This document shows, in pieces, positions 1-8,224 of a DNA stretch of 64,000 nt. Numbering within the stretch: the first letter of the stretch is position 1; every line of letters starts with the position of its first letter. Origin of the DNA: Lichenihabitans sp. GTDB taxonomy: Bacteria; Pseudomonadota; Alphaproteobacteria; Rhizobiales; Beijerinckiaceae. The notes beneath the pieces were generated by a model. That model was given only the letters and a program-made list of their open reading frames with translations. It did no database searches and was not told the origin of the DNA. The stretch lies in assembly GCA_965277115.1 (NCBI GenBank), contig CBDIBY010000010.1:277136-341135 (forward strand), written 5' to 3'. Both the position numbers and the translations under genes were made by a program.

Positions 1-641
1 ATCCGGCCTCTCAGGGGTTCGACGCGGCTCAGCATGGAGATCGGCACCAGCGAGCCGAGCGCCATGGCGCAGAGGGCGCCGATCACCCCGAACGCCATGG
101 CGCCTGCGGCGGTGGCGAGGATCTGGAGAAGGCAGGCGGCAGCCGCGACCCGTGCCAGCGCGGCAAAGTCCTGATGGCCCTTGAGCCAGGAATTCACGAA
201 ATTGGCCATCGATTGCGCCAGGCTTGCACCTCCGACCAGAATCCAGAAGATCGGCGAAGTGGTGTAGGTCTCGGGCGTCAGCGGCACGCTCGCCAGCAGC
301 GGCGCGCGCCAGATCAGCCAGGCGGCGTAGAGCCAGAAGCTGATCGCGATGACGAAGGTGCAGGTGAAGAACGACCCCAACAGCATCCGTGTCAGCCGGC
401 CCGCCTCCTCGATCTCGTGTTTCGCGATCAACTCGGGGAGGAAGCGCGTGAGCGTTCCGGTGATGCCGAGATCGGCGATGATGATCGATACGGTGACGGC
501 CCAGGTGGCGAAGGCCACGATCCCGGTTCCCTGAACGCCGAGCATTCGCGCCACGACGACCGTGCTCAGAAAGCCGCCGAGCGTGGTGAAGACGCCGGCG
601 AAGGCGTTCACGACGGAATTACGGACGAAGGTACTCGCCAT
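1..641 (-). CDS. Wzx-like polysaccharide flippase (MOP superfamily), N-terminal ~213 codons; continues past left edge
   Basis: Not in the ORF track because there is no stop in the window. The reverse complement from ATG (641-639) reads MASTFVRNSVVNAFAGVFTTLGGFLSTVVVARMLGVQGTGIVAFATWAVTVSIIIADLG... It stays open to position 1, is multi-helix hydrophobic, and lies 33 nt downstream of the GH5 gene. The listed + ORF 174..662 is its Arg/Asp-rich antisense shadow. Confidence 0.7.
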   Translation of the reverse strand, partial: MASTFVRNSVVNAFAGVFTTLGGFLSTVVVARMLGVQGTGIVAFATWAVTVSIIIADLGITGTLTRFLPELIAKHEIEEAGRLTRMLLGSFFTCTFVIAISFWLYAAWLIWRAPLLASVPLTPETYTTSPIFWILVGGASLAQSMANFVNSWLKGHQDFAALARVAAAACLLQILATAAGAMAFGVIGALCAMALGSLVPISMLSRVEPLRGR

Positions 642-674
642 CGACGGTCGATCTTTCGTTGAGCAAGTCGGGCG

Positions 675-1742
675 TCAGTTGCCGACGAAGGTCTTGACGA
701 CGCCCCATTGCGGCGCCTCCCGTCCCGAGACGGGGAAGAGGTTGTAGGGGTTGGGGCCGAAGTTGGCGCCGTACATCCACAGGTTCACCGGGAGGCCCTG
801 CGCCTTCCAGAAGGTCAGCCCCTGGCGAAGGACGTCGAGCCAGCGCGGATCGTCGGTGCCGACGCTGGTCTCGCCGATATGGCCGCGCAGATGCCGGTCA
901 GCGCACCACTGGGCGAAGCCCCGGGTGCGATCGACCAGGACCGTATCGGGGATTCCGTGCGCGGCGAGCGCCGCATAGTCGAAATGCGTGCCCGAGCCGT
1001 CCGCATCGGGATAGCAATGGGCCGAATAGACGATCCTTTCGTGCCGGTCCTGCAACGGATAACGCGGGTTGGCGGACACCCAGTCCGCCGCCGACGAATA
1101 GCGGTCGCCCTCGATGTAGACGAGCTTCGAGGTTTCCACTTTGTCGATCGCGTCGATCGCGGCCTGCATGATGGCGGCGAGATCCTGGCCGTCATTCAGG
1201 CCCTGCGGCTCGTTCATGACGTCCCAGCCACTCACCCCCCGATGGTCGGCAAAAGTCGAGGCGACGCGGGCCCACAAGTCGGCCAGGTGATGGCGCGTCA
1301 GGACGCCATCGCGGCCGTCGACCGTGCGATCCGTGCCGTCGACGAGCCTGTGCATGTAATTGTGACAGTCGAGGACGACCGTCCGCCGCAACCGCGCCGC
1401 GGCATCGGCGACCGACTTGATCTGCGCCAGATAGACGGGGTCGAGCGGGCCACCGGGCTGCGGCTGCAACCGCTCCCATTTGAACGGCAGCCGCGACGGG
1501 CCGTCGGCGCGCGCCGCCACATAGGCGAGGTCGGCCGGGCTGGCGGCGAAATAGTCGGTTCCCTCTCGTCCGGGGAGCACGGAGCCGCCCTCGAGGCCCT
1601 GGAAATTGACGTTGACGAAGAAGGGCCACGGCCTCCCGGCCGCCCGCGCCCGCCGGAGGCCGAGGGGCAGAAGGCAGGCGCCGAGAAGGAGGCCGCGCCG
1701 GCTGAGCCCTGATCGGTGCCCGATCTCGGGGAGCGAGCGCAT
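675..1742 (-). CDS. Secreted glycoside hydrolase family 5 (endo-beta-glucanase/mannanase type) with Tat signal
   Basis: Internal ATG (1742-1740) of ORF 675..3140. N-terminus MRSLPEIGHRSGLSRRGLLLGACLL carries a twin-arginine motif. GH5 acid/base motif WDVMNEPQG and nucleophile-like HIGETSV are present. The start shares 1 nt with the upstream stop (TGATG). Confidence 0.8.
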   Translation of the reverse strand: MRSLPEIGHRSGLSRRGLLLGACLLPLGLRRARAAGRPWPFFVNVNFQGLEGGSVLPGREGTDYFAASPADLAYVAARADGPSRLPFKWERLQPQPGGPLDPVYLAQIKSVADAAARLRRTVVLDCHNYMHRLVDGTDRTVDGRDGVLTRHHLADLWARVASTFADHRGVSGWDVMNEPQGLNDGQDLAAIMQAAIDAIDKVETSKLVYIEGDRYSSAADWVSANPRYPLQDRHERIVYSAHCYPDADGSGTHFDYAALAAHGIPDTVLVDRTRGFAQWCADRHLRGHIGETSVGTDDPRWLDVLRQGLTFWKAQGLPVNLWMYGANFGPNPYNLFPVSGREAPQWGVVKTFVGN

Positions 1743-3247
1743 CAGATCACCTGGTTGTAGGCGCCGACGCCGTCGTTCTCGCGCAACACGCCGTCGATGG
1801 CCGTGAACATGGCGCGCATCCGCACCTCGGAGACGGGGCTCTCGACGACGACCACGAGTTCCGGCTTGTTCGACGAGGCACGGACCAGGCCCCAGGTGCC
1901 GTCCTCGACCGTCACCCTCACCCCGTTCACGAGATTGACGTCGCTGATCTGCTGGCCGGTGAACCGCTCCCCTTGCGCGCGCATCGTCCGGATGCGGTCC
2001 ACCACGGCGCTCGCGACCTCGTATTTGCGCTCGTCGGCGCAATGCGGCGACATGGTGGGCGAGCCCCAGGTCCGCGGCAGGTCGGCATAGAGCTCCGCCA
2101 TGGTCTTGCCGGGGTTGCGATCGAGCATCTCGATCACCGCGATGGCGGTCAAGAGACCGTCGTCGTAGCCCCGCCCGATCGGCGCGTTGAAGAAGAAGTG
2201 GCCCGACTTCTCGAAGCCCGCCAGCGCCCCGAGATCGGCGACGCGGCGCTTGATGTAGGAGTGCCCCGTCTTCCAGTAGTCGGTCTTCGTCCCGTTGCGC
2301 TTGAGGACGGGATCGGTCTCGAACAGGCCGGAGGATTTCACGTCGACCACGAAAGTCGCGCCGTGATGCAGGCTGGATAGATCGCGCGCCAGCATCACGC
2401 CGATCTTGTCGGCGAAGATCTCGTGGCCTTGGTTGTCGACGACCCCGCAGCGGTCGCCGTCGCCGTCGAAGCCGAGGCCGACATCGGCGCCCGTCGCCAG
2501 CACCTCCGCCGCCATGGCCTCGAGCATATGCATGTCCTCGGGGTTCGGATTGTAGCGCGGGAAGGTGAAATCGCCCTCGACATCGAGCGGCACGACCTCG
2601 CAACCGAGGGCTTCGAGGAGCTTCGGGGCAAAGGCGCCGGCGGTGCCGTTGCCGCAGGCGGCCACGACCTTGAGGCGGCGCGCGATGCGCGGTCGCGACA
2701 TGAGGTCGGCGAGGTAGGTCTCGGCGAAATTCTCGACCGGCAGATAGGCGCCGCCTTCGGCCGGCCGGCCTTCGCCGTGAAGCACGATCTGCTTCAGTTC
2801 TTCCATCTCGTCCGGGCCGAAGGTGACGGGGCGCTGGGCACCCATCTTCACGCCGGTCCAGCCGTTGTCGTTGTGCGAGGCCGTCACCATCGCCACCGCC
2901 GGCACGTCGAGGGCGAACTGGGCGAAATAGGCCATGGGCGAAAGCGCAAGGCCGATGTCGTGCACCCGCATCCCGGCCCGCACCAGGCCGAGCGCCAGCG
3001 CGTGCTTGATCGAGGCGGAATAGCTGCGGAAATCGTGGCCCGTGACGACGCCGCCGATGCCGCGCCGGCGCAGCATCGTGCCGAGACCGAGGCCGAGAGC
3101 CTGGGCGCCCAGCAGGTTCAATTCCTGCGGGAACAGCCACCGGGCATCGTATTCGCGAAATCCGGTCGGCTTGACGACCGGCGTCAGCTCGGAGGCAAAA
3201 CTGTTCGGTGGCAGGGCGGCGGCGGGCAACATGGGTCTTTCCTTCAC
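1742..3247 (-). CDS. Phosphomannomutase/phosphoglucomutase
   Basis: 501-aa ORF with the alpha-D-phosphohexomutase active-site loop TASHNDNGWTGVKM and Mg loop GFDGDGDRCGVVD. An alternative start is Met6 (3232). Confidence 0.9.
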   Translation of the reverse strand: MKERPMLPAAALPPNSFASELTPVVKPTGFREYDARWLFPQELNLLGAQALGLGLGTMLRRRGIGGVVTGHDFRSYSASIKHALALGLVRAGMRVHDIGLALSPMAYFAQFALDVPAVAMVTASHNDNGWTGVKMGAQRPVTFGPDEMEELKQIVLHGEGRPAEGGAYLPVENFAETYLADLMSRPRIARRLKVVAACGNGTAGAFAPKLLEALGCEVVPLDVEGDFTFPRYNPNPEDMHMLEAMAAEVLATGADVGLGFDGDGDRCGVVDNQGHEIFADKIGVMLARDLSSLHHGATFVVDVKSSGLFETDPVLKRNGTKTDYWKTGHSYIKRRVADLGALAGFEKSGHFFFNAPIGRGYDDGLLTAIAVIEMLDRNPGKTMAELYADLPRTWGSPTMSPHCADERKYEVASAVVDRIRTMRAQGERFTGQQISDVNLVNGVRVTVEDGTWGLVRASSNKPELVVVVESPVSEVRMRAMFTAIDGVLRENDGVGAYNQVI

Positions 3248-3266
3248 AGAGGGAACTGGCAGAGCC

Positions 3267-4751
3267 TCAGCGTCCGTAAACGTCTTCGAAGCGGACGATG
3301 TCGTCCTCGCCGGTGTAGCTGCCGACTTGCACCTCGATCAGTTCCAGCGGGATCTTGCCAGGATTGGCGAGGCGGTGGACGCAGCCGATCGGCAGGTAGG
3401 CCGCCTCGTTCTCGTGCCGCAGAACCACCTCGTCGCCGACCGTCACCTCGGCGGTGCCGCGCACCACGACCCAGTGCTCGGCGCGATGGAAGTGCTTCTG
3501 CAGCGACAGCCGCTGGCCCGGTTTGACGACGATACGCTTGACCTGGAAGCGTGTGCCGGCGTCGATCCGCTGATACCAGCCCCAGGGACGATACATGCGC
3601 AGGTGGTCGTCGGCCTCAGGCCGCAGCTTGGTCTTGAGTTTGGCGACGAGGGTCTTGACCTCCTCGGAGCGGTCGCGCGAGGCGACCAGAACCGCATCGG
3701 GGGTCGCAACGACGATGACGTCGTCGAGGCCGACGACGGTCGTCAGGATCGAGTCGCTATGCACGAGGCTGTTGCGCGTCTCGACGACCTCGACGTGACC
3801 GCGCAGCGCATTGCCGGTGCCGTCCTGCGGCGAGGCCTCCCAGATCGCGCCCCAGGTGCCGACATCGGACCATTGGAACGTGACCGGCAGGACGCCGGCC
3901 TTTTCGGTGCGCTCCATCACCGCATAATCGATCGATGTATTGGGGGACGCCGCAAAGGCTTCGCCGTCGAGGCGGATGAAATCGAGATCCTGGGCGGCGA
4001 GGTCGACCGCGGATTTGGCGGCGGCCAGCACCTCGGGCGCCAGCGTTCGCAATTCGCCGATCATCACGTCGGCCCGGAACAGGAAGTTGCCGCTGTTCCA
4101 GAGATATCCCTGTTCGGCATAGGCGACCGCCGTCTCCCGATCCGGCTTCTCGACGAAGCGGGCGACCTTGAAGGCGGCGGTATCGTCGATCGGCTCGCCG
4201 GGCTGGATGTAGCCGTAGCCGGTGGCCGGCGCCGTCGGCTCGACCCCGAGCGTCATGATGAAGCCGCGGCGGGCGCTCTTGGTCGCCATCCGGCAGGCTT
4301 CGACGAAAGCGTCGACATCGGTGATGAGGTGGTCGGCCGCCAGGATGAGCACGACCGCCTCGGGATCATGGCGCGCCGCCAGGCAGGCCGCCACCGCGAC
4401 GGCGGCCGCGGAGCCGCGGCGCTTCGGCTCGAGCACGATATCGGCGTCGACGCCGATGGCCTGGAGCTGCTCGGCCGCGATGAAGCGAACATCGCTCGTC
4501 GCCAGGACGACGGGCCGGCCGAATTCGACGCCGGAAATCCGCTGCATCGTGGCCTGGAAGCTCGACAGGTCCTGCAGCAGCGGGATGAACTGTTTCGGCA
4601 TGCTCTCGCGCGACGCCGGCCACAGGCGGGTGCCGGCGCCACCGCACATGATCACCGGGACGATCTTGCCGACTTCGCCGATGCGCTGTTCGTCGCTCTT
4701 GCCAAGCGCCATGTCGTTGGCGAGCGTCGGCACGTTCACTTGCATGTTCAT
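3267..4751 (-). CDS. manC: Bifunctional mannose-1-phosphate guanylyltransferase / mannose-6-phosphate isomerase (XanB/ManC/AlgA type)
   Basis: N-terminal VIMCGGAGTRLWPASRESMPKQF nucleotidyltransferase motif. C-terminal cupin with QKHFHRAEHWVVVRGTAEV, typical of type II PMI. Confidence 0.9.
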   Translation of the reverse strand: MNMQVNVPTLANDMALGKSDEQRIGEVGKIVPVIMCGGAGTRLWPASRESMPKQFIPLLQDLSSFQATMQRISGVEFGRPVVLATSDVRFIAAEQLQAIGVDADIVLEPKRRGSAAAVAVAACLAARHDPEAVVLILAADHLITDVDAFVEACRMATKSARRGFIMTLGVEPTAPATGYGYIQPGEPIDDTAAFKVARFVEKPDRETAVAYAEQGYLWNSGNFLFRADVMIGELRTLAPEVLAAAKSAVDLAAQDLDFIRLDGEAFAASPNTSIDYAVMERTEKAGVLPVTFQWSDVGTWGAIWEASPQDGTGNALRGHVEVVETRNSLVHSDSILTTVVGLDDVIVVATPDAVLVASRDRSEEVKTLVAKLKTKLRPEADDHLRMYRPWGWYQRIDAGTRFQVKRIVVKPGQRLSLQKHFHRAEHWVVVRGTAEVTVGDEVVLRHENEAAYLPIGCVHRLANPGKIPLELIEVQVGSYTGEDDIVRFEDVYGR

Positions 4752-4801
4752 CTCGTCACCTCATCGGATCAAAAGGTTGGCGGCCGTTGCGCGGCCCATA
4801 G

Positions 4802-5557
4802 TCAGGCCGTTCGTCCCGCCATGTCGAGCGCGACGACCCAGAGAAAGCGCCAGGAATTCAACAGGTACCGGCGGCCAAGCCGGCGCGGCTCGAGCGCCAG
4901 CCTCCAGACCCATTCGAACCCCGTGGCGCGCAGCGCCTGCGGTGCCCGGGCTCGGGTGCCGGCAAAGAAGTCGAGCCCGGCGCCGAAGTTGAGCACGTAG
5001 CAATCGCCGAACATGCCACTGAAGCGATTGGTCCAGACTTCCGATTTCGGTGAACCGAGGCCGAAGAAGAGATGCGTCGTGCCATGCCGGCCGATCGCCT
5101 CGGCGAGATCCTGGGAGGCTTCATCGTCGGTCTCAAAGCCGAAAGCCGGTACGCGCGTCTCGACGGCCTCGTCCGGAAACCCCCGCTTTGCCAATTCGGC
5201 CCGGATCCGCTCCGCCGTCTCGGCGGAACTGACCACGAAGAACAGGCGATGCGTCGCGGGTGACACCCGGCCGAGGATGCGCCGGCACAGATCCGACCCG
5301 GTCACACGCCCCGGCAGCAGCAGGCCCCGAAGCCGGGCATAGAGATAGACCGGCATTCCGTCGGCGGTGATCACCCAGGCGCGACTGTAAGCCTGCCTGA
5401 AGTCCGCGTTGGCCGAAAGGTTGACGACGTGATCGAGATTGGCGGTCGCGACGATGCGGCAGCCCTCGCCAGCGGGGACACGCGCCTCGACGATGGTCTG
5501 CGCCAATTCGGCCTCGCCCGCAGTGCTGAAGTTCAGTCCGAGCACAGGCTTGTTCAT
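4802..5557 (-). CDS. WecB/TagA/CpsF (GT26) family glycosyltransferase
   Basis: 251 aa with ATANLDHVV and FFGLGSPKSEVW motifs typical of GT26. SD AGGAG lies 5 nt upstream of the ATG. Confidence 0.85.
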   Translation of the reverse strand: MNKPVLGLNFSTAGEAELAQTIVEARVPAGEGCRIVATANLDHVVNLSANADFRQAYSRAWVITADGMPVYLYARLRGLLLPGRVTGSDLCRRILGRVSPATHRLFFVVSSAETAERIRAELAKRGFPDEAVETRVPAFGFETDDEASQDLAEAIGRHGTTHLFFGLGSPKSEVWTNRFSGMFGDCYVLNFGAGLDFFAGTRARAPQALRATGFEWVWRLALEPRRLGRRYLLNSWRFLWVVALDMAGRTA

Positions 5558-5622
5558 TTCAGCTCCTCGTAAGTCTTGGCGACGACATGTCTGCCGCGAC
5601 GCAGGCGCGCCGCCGGCGGGCG

Positions 5623-6960
5623 TCAGGCCCAGATGCCGGTGCCAGCGCCGAGCGGCGCTTCGTTAGTGCGATCGATCCGGACCGCCGTTCCGAGGCGGCG
5701 GCCGACCTGGCGAAGGTTGGCAGGGCTACCGCCGTCCGTGGCCCGGCGGCGTTGCAGGCTTCCGTAGATGAACCAGAGCAAGGCCGCGGTCTTGATCGTC
5801 AGCAAGGCGAAGCTGACCATCATGTTCAGCGCGATATAGATGCAGACGGCATGCGTGAACCGCGTCTTGTCCGGCCGATCCTCGGAGGCCGCCATGACGA
5901 TCGTCGCGCAGAGCGCGATGACGACGAAGATAGACTGCGTCGTGATCAGATAGGCGATGCCGCTGTCGACGGCCTTGGACATGAATTCGTCGGACAGACC
6001 GAGGAACTCCGGCATCCCATAGTTGGTGAGCAAATAGATCGTATGGGCGATGCGGCCCTTGAAGTCGTCGCCGCCCGGCTGGAAATGGCCGAAGTGAACC
6101 AGGATGAACGCCAGCGCGGTGACGCCCGGGATGTAGATCAGCGCGCTGTAGCGCGGCAGGCGCGGCGCGAGAGTGCAGCAGACGATCATCGGCACCGTCG
6201 AAGCCATGGCAAGCCGGCCATCGCAACCGATGGTCGCCATGGCGGTCGTGATGATCAGGAACCAGCGCGTCCGCTTGCCGAGCTCGCGGTAGCAGGCGCA
6301 CAGATACGCGACGATCACCATGCAATAATTGCCGAGCGACACGGGCTCGAGGAAGATCGACGACAGCCGGTGCAGGTTGCCAAGAATGAAGAAGCGGTCG
6401 TCCGGGCGTGTGGCGCTGACGAACAGGGTCGAACTCTTGTTCCAGAAATCGTCGGCATTGTAGCCGCGCGTGTTGATATAATAATTCATGATCTTGAACA
6501 GGTTCGCGTAGAGCGGCGTGTCGAGCGCCTCCAGCAGCAGGAAGACCAGCATCACGATCTGGATGGCGACGACGACGCGGCCGAGGCGCCGTGCATCGAA
6601 GCTCATCCCGAGAACCACGAAGGTCGGGATGATCATCACGTCGCGCAGATATTTGATGTCGAAGGTCTGCGACGACAGCGAGCGAACCACCGCGAAGGCG
6701 GCGAACAAGCCGAGCAGCGCGTACCAGGGCGCCATCTGCGGCCTGAAGTTCCGCAGCGCCACGATATGGGCCGCGCCGACGAACATGATCTCGCAGGCCA
6801 CGACCGGCGCCTGGGTGAGGTCCTTGACGTTGCCATTGACGAAGGCCAGGCCGGCATTGAAGCAGACCGCTCCGACCACGATGATCCCGGGAAGCCATTC
6901 GAGCCCGGCACTGGAGACGGCACGGGCGCCGACCGGCGCGTCGAGGGCGAGAGCTCTCAT
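5623..6960 (-). CDS. Wzy-like polysaccharide polymerase / O-antigen-ligase-like integral membrane protein
   Basis: Internal ATG (6960-6958) of ORF 5623..8118, in ATGA overlap with the upstream GT4 stop. About 445 aa with roughly 10 or more hydrophobic helices and one larger loop. The call rests on topology and context only. Confidence 0.55.
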   Translation of the reverse strand: MRALALDAPVGARAVSSAGLEWLPGIIVVGAVCFNAGLAFVNGNVKDLTQAPVVACEIMFVGAAHIVALRNFRPQMAPWYALLGLFAAFAVVRSLSSQTFDIKYLRDVMIIPTFVVLGMSFDARRLGRVVVAIQIVMLVFLLLEALDTPLYANLFKIMNYYINTRGYNADDFWNKSSTLFVSATRPDDRFFILGNLHRLSSIFLEPVSLGNYCMVIVAYLCACYRELGKRTRWFLIITTAMATIGCDGRLAMASTVPMIVCCTLAPRLPRYSALIYIPGVTALAFILVHFGHFQPGGDDFKGRIAHTIYLLTNYGMPEFLGLSDEFMSKAVDSGIAYLITTQSIFVVIALCATIVMAASEDRPDKTRFTHAVCIYIALNMMVSFALLTIKTAALLWFIYGSLQRRRATDGGSPANLRQVGRRLGTAVRIDRTNEAPLGAGTGIWA

Positions 6961-8198
6961 CGGCCCGCCCCGGCTGCCGGTTCGGGGCACGCCTGAAGCG
7001 GCCGACGGACCTCGGCCTCGCCGGCCGCCAATGTCGCCAAGGCCGCCTGATAGGTGGCTCCGGCCAGATAGTCGCGCAGATGTTCGCGAAGCCGAGCCGC
7101 CGCCGCGCGCGCCTCGCCCGGATTGCCCCGAACACGGCGAAGCTGAGCCGCCGCATGATCGACCGAGGGGTCGGCCCAGACGGCGGCCTCCATCCCCTCG
7201 AAGGACAGATGCCCGTCCCTGACCGGGACCAGCCGGTAGTCGATGGGAAAACAGAGATCGGGGTGGCAGAAATCCACATTCCCCGACCAGTTCGTCGCGA
7301 CGACCGGCACGCCCGCCGCAATGGCTTCGGCAAGCGTCAGGCCGAAGCCTTCGGAGCGGTGCAGCGACAGATAGGCGTCGGCGCCGCCGAGGAAATCGTC
7401 CAGACGCGCTTCGTCCCAGATCTCGTCGACGAGCCGGATGTTGGCAGTGGCCCCGATGGCCTCGCGCAGCTTGTCCCGGTCGGCCGGATAGCGGTTGCCG
7501 TCGCCGACCTTGAGAACGAGTTCGGCGGTCGCGTCGTCCCCGAAGGCCTGCCGGAATGCCGCAATGGCGGCGAGCGGGTTCTTGCGCTCGAACGAGGAAC
7601 CGAAGTTGAAGATGCTCACGACGCGGAAGCCGCCGGTGGCGGCGGGCCGGTCTTTGGACGGGGCGGCGCTTCTCGCGCCGATGGCGACCGGATGCGGCAC
7701 GACGAGCACGGGCTTGCCGGTATGGCGTTCGACGGCGGCCTTGCAGAAGGTCGAGGGAACCATGATCGCATCCACGAAGCGGATCGCCTCGATCCATTCG
7801 CGGGGCAGCGCCTCGAGCTCCCACGCCCAATAGCCGATGTTGTAGCCCTGCCAGAACCGCACCGGGTTCGAGCGGATGATCCCGGGCAGCAGCATCGGCG
7901 GGTTGAGGTGATAGATCGAGGCCTCGGCCCGTCCGGCGCCGGCGGCGGAGTCGAACGGCAGGCCGTCGCTGCTGTCGTAGAGGCTCGCCACGTCGGCGCC
8001 CGACACCTCGTAGCCGGCACGGGCCAGCACAGACATGCAGAGCCGGGCGGATTTGCCGAGCCCGGAGGCGGATGACAGCAGGCCGACGATACGCAGGCGG
8101 CGCAGCGGATCGGGCCATCGATGGGCCGGGGACGGGAAGACGCGGGGCAGCACCGACCGGCGGACAGCCCGCGCCGCAGGCGTCAGCAGCCTGCGCAT
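6957..8198 (-). CDS. GT4-family (group 1) glycosyltransferase
   Basis: Internal ATG (8198-8196) of ORF 6957..8570. EX7E motif in SLHRSEGFGLTLAEAIAAGVPVVATNWSG. The upstream part of the listed ORF is Arg/Pro-rich junk. Confidence 0.8.
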   Translation of the reverse strand: MRRLLTPAARAVRRSVLPRVFPSPAHRWPDPLRRLRIVGLLSSASGLGKSARLCMSVLARAGYEVSGADVASLYDSSDGLPFDSAAGAGRAEASIYHLNPPMLLPGIIRSNPVRFWQGYNIGYWAWELEALPREWIEAIRFVDAIMVPSTFCKAAVERHTGKPVLVVPHPVAIGARSAAPSKDRPAATGGFRVVSIFNFGSSFERKNPLAAIAAFRQAFGDDATAELVLKVGDGNRYPADRDKLREAIGATANIRLVDEIWDEARLDDFLGGADAYLSLHRSEGFGLTLAEAIAAGVPVVATNWSGNVDFCHPDLCFPIDYRLVPVRDGHLSFEGMEAAVWADPSVDHAAAQLRRVRGNPGEARAAAARLREHLRDYLAGATYQAALATLAAGEAEVRRPLQACPEPAAGAGR

Positions 8199-8224
8199 CG
8201 TCGCTCTTGGGTCGGGCGGCTTGG

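Noticed and set aside
174-662. 162-aa + strand ORF at the left edge
   Set aside because: Its composition is extremely Arg/Asp/Gly/Glu-rich. It lies exactly antisense to a continuous hydrophobic Wzx-like reading frame on the minus strand (1-641), which fits the operon context.
675-3140. Over-long ORF calls with N-terminal extensions (also 5623..8118, 6957..8570, 15631..17196, 26930..28282, 27919..28908, 30766..33078, 46107..47039, 46742..48106, 51001..52452, 59191..59928)
   Set aside because: The upstream parts read through the preceding gene in another frame and are Arg/Pro/Gly-rich. Internal starts with SD sequences and/or stop-start overlaps give family-typical N-termini and lengths.
3042-5000. 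652-aa + strand ORF (similar cases: 2423..3526, 4222..4992)
   Set aside because: It is an antisense shadow of the manC and GT26 genes, with low-complexity Arg/Gly/Asp/His-rich sequence and no motifs. Such long open antisense frames are typical of high-G+C DNA.
5587-6996. 469-aa + ORF and 535-aa - ORF (5726..7333) overlapping the Wzy-like gene
   Set aside because: The composition is Arg/Asp/His-rich or Arg/Pro-rich. The alternative frame encodes a coherent polytopic membrane protein.
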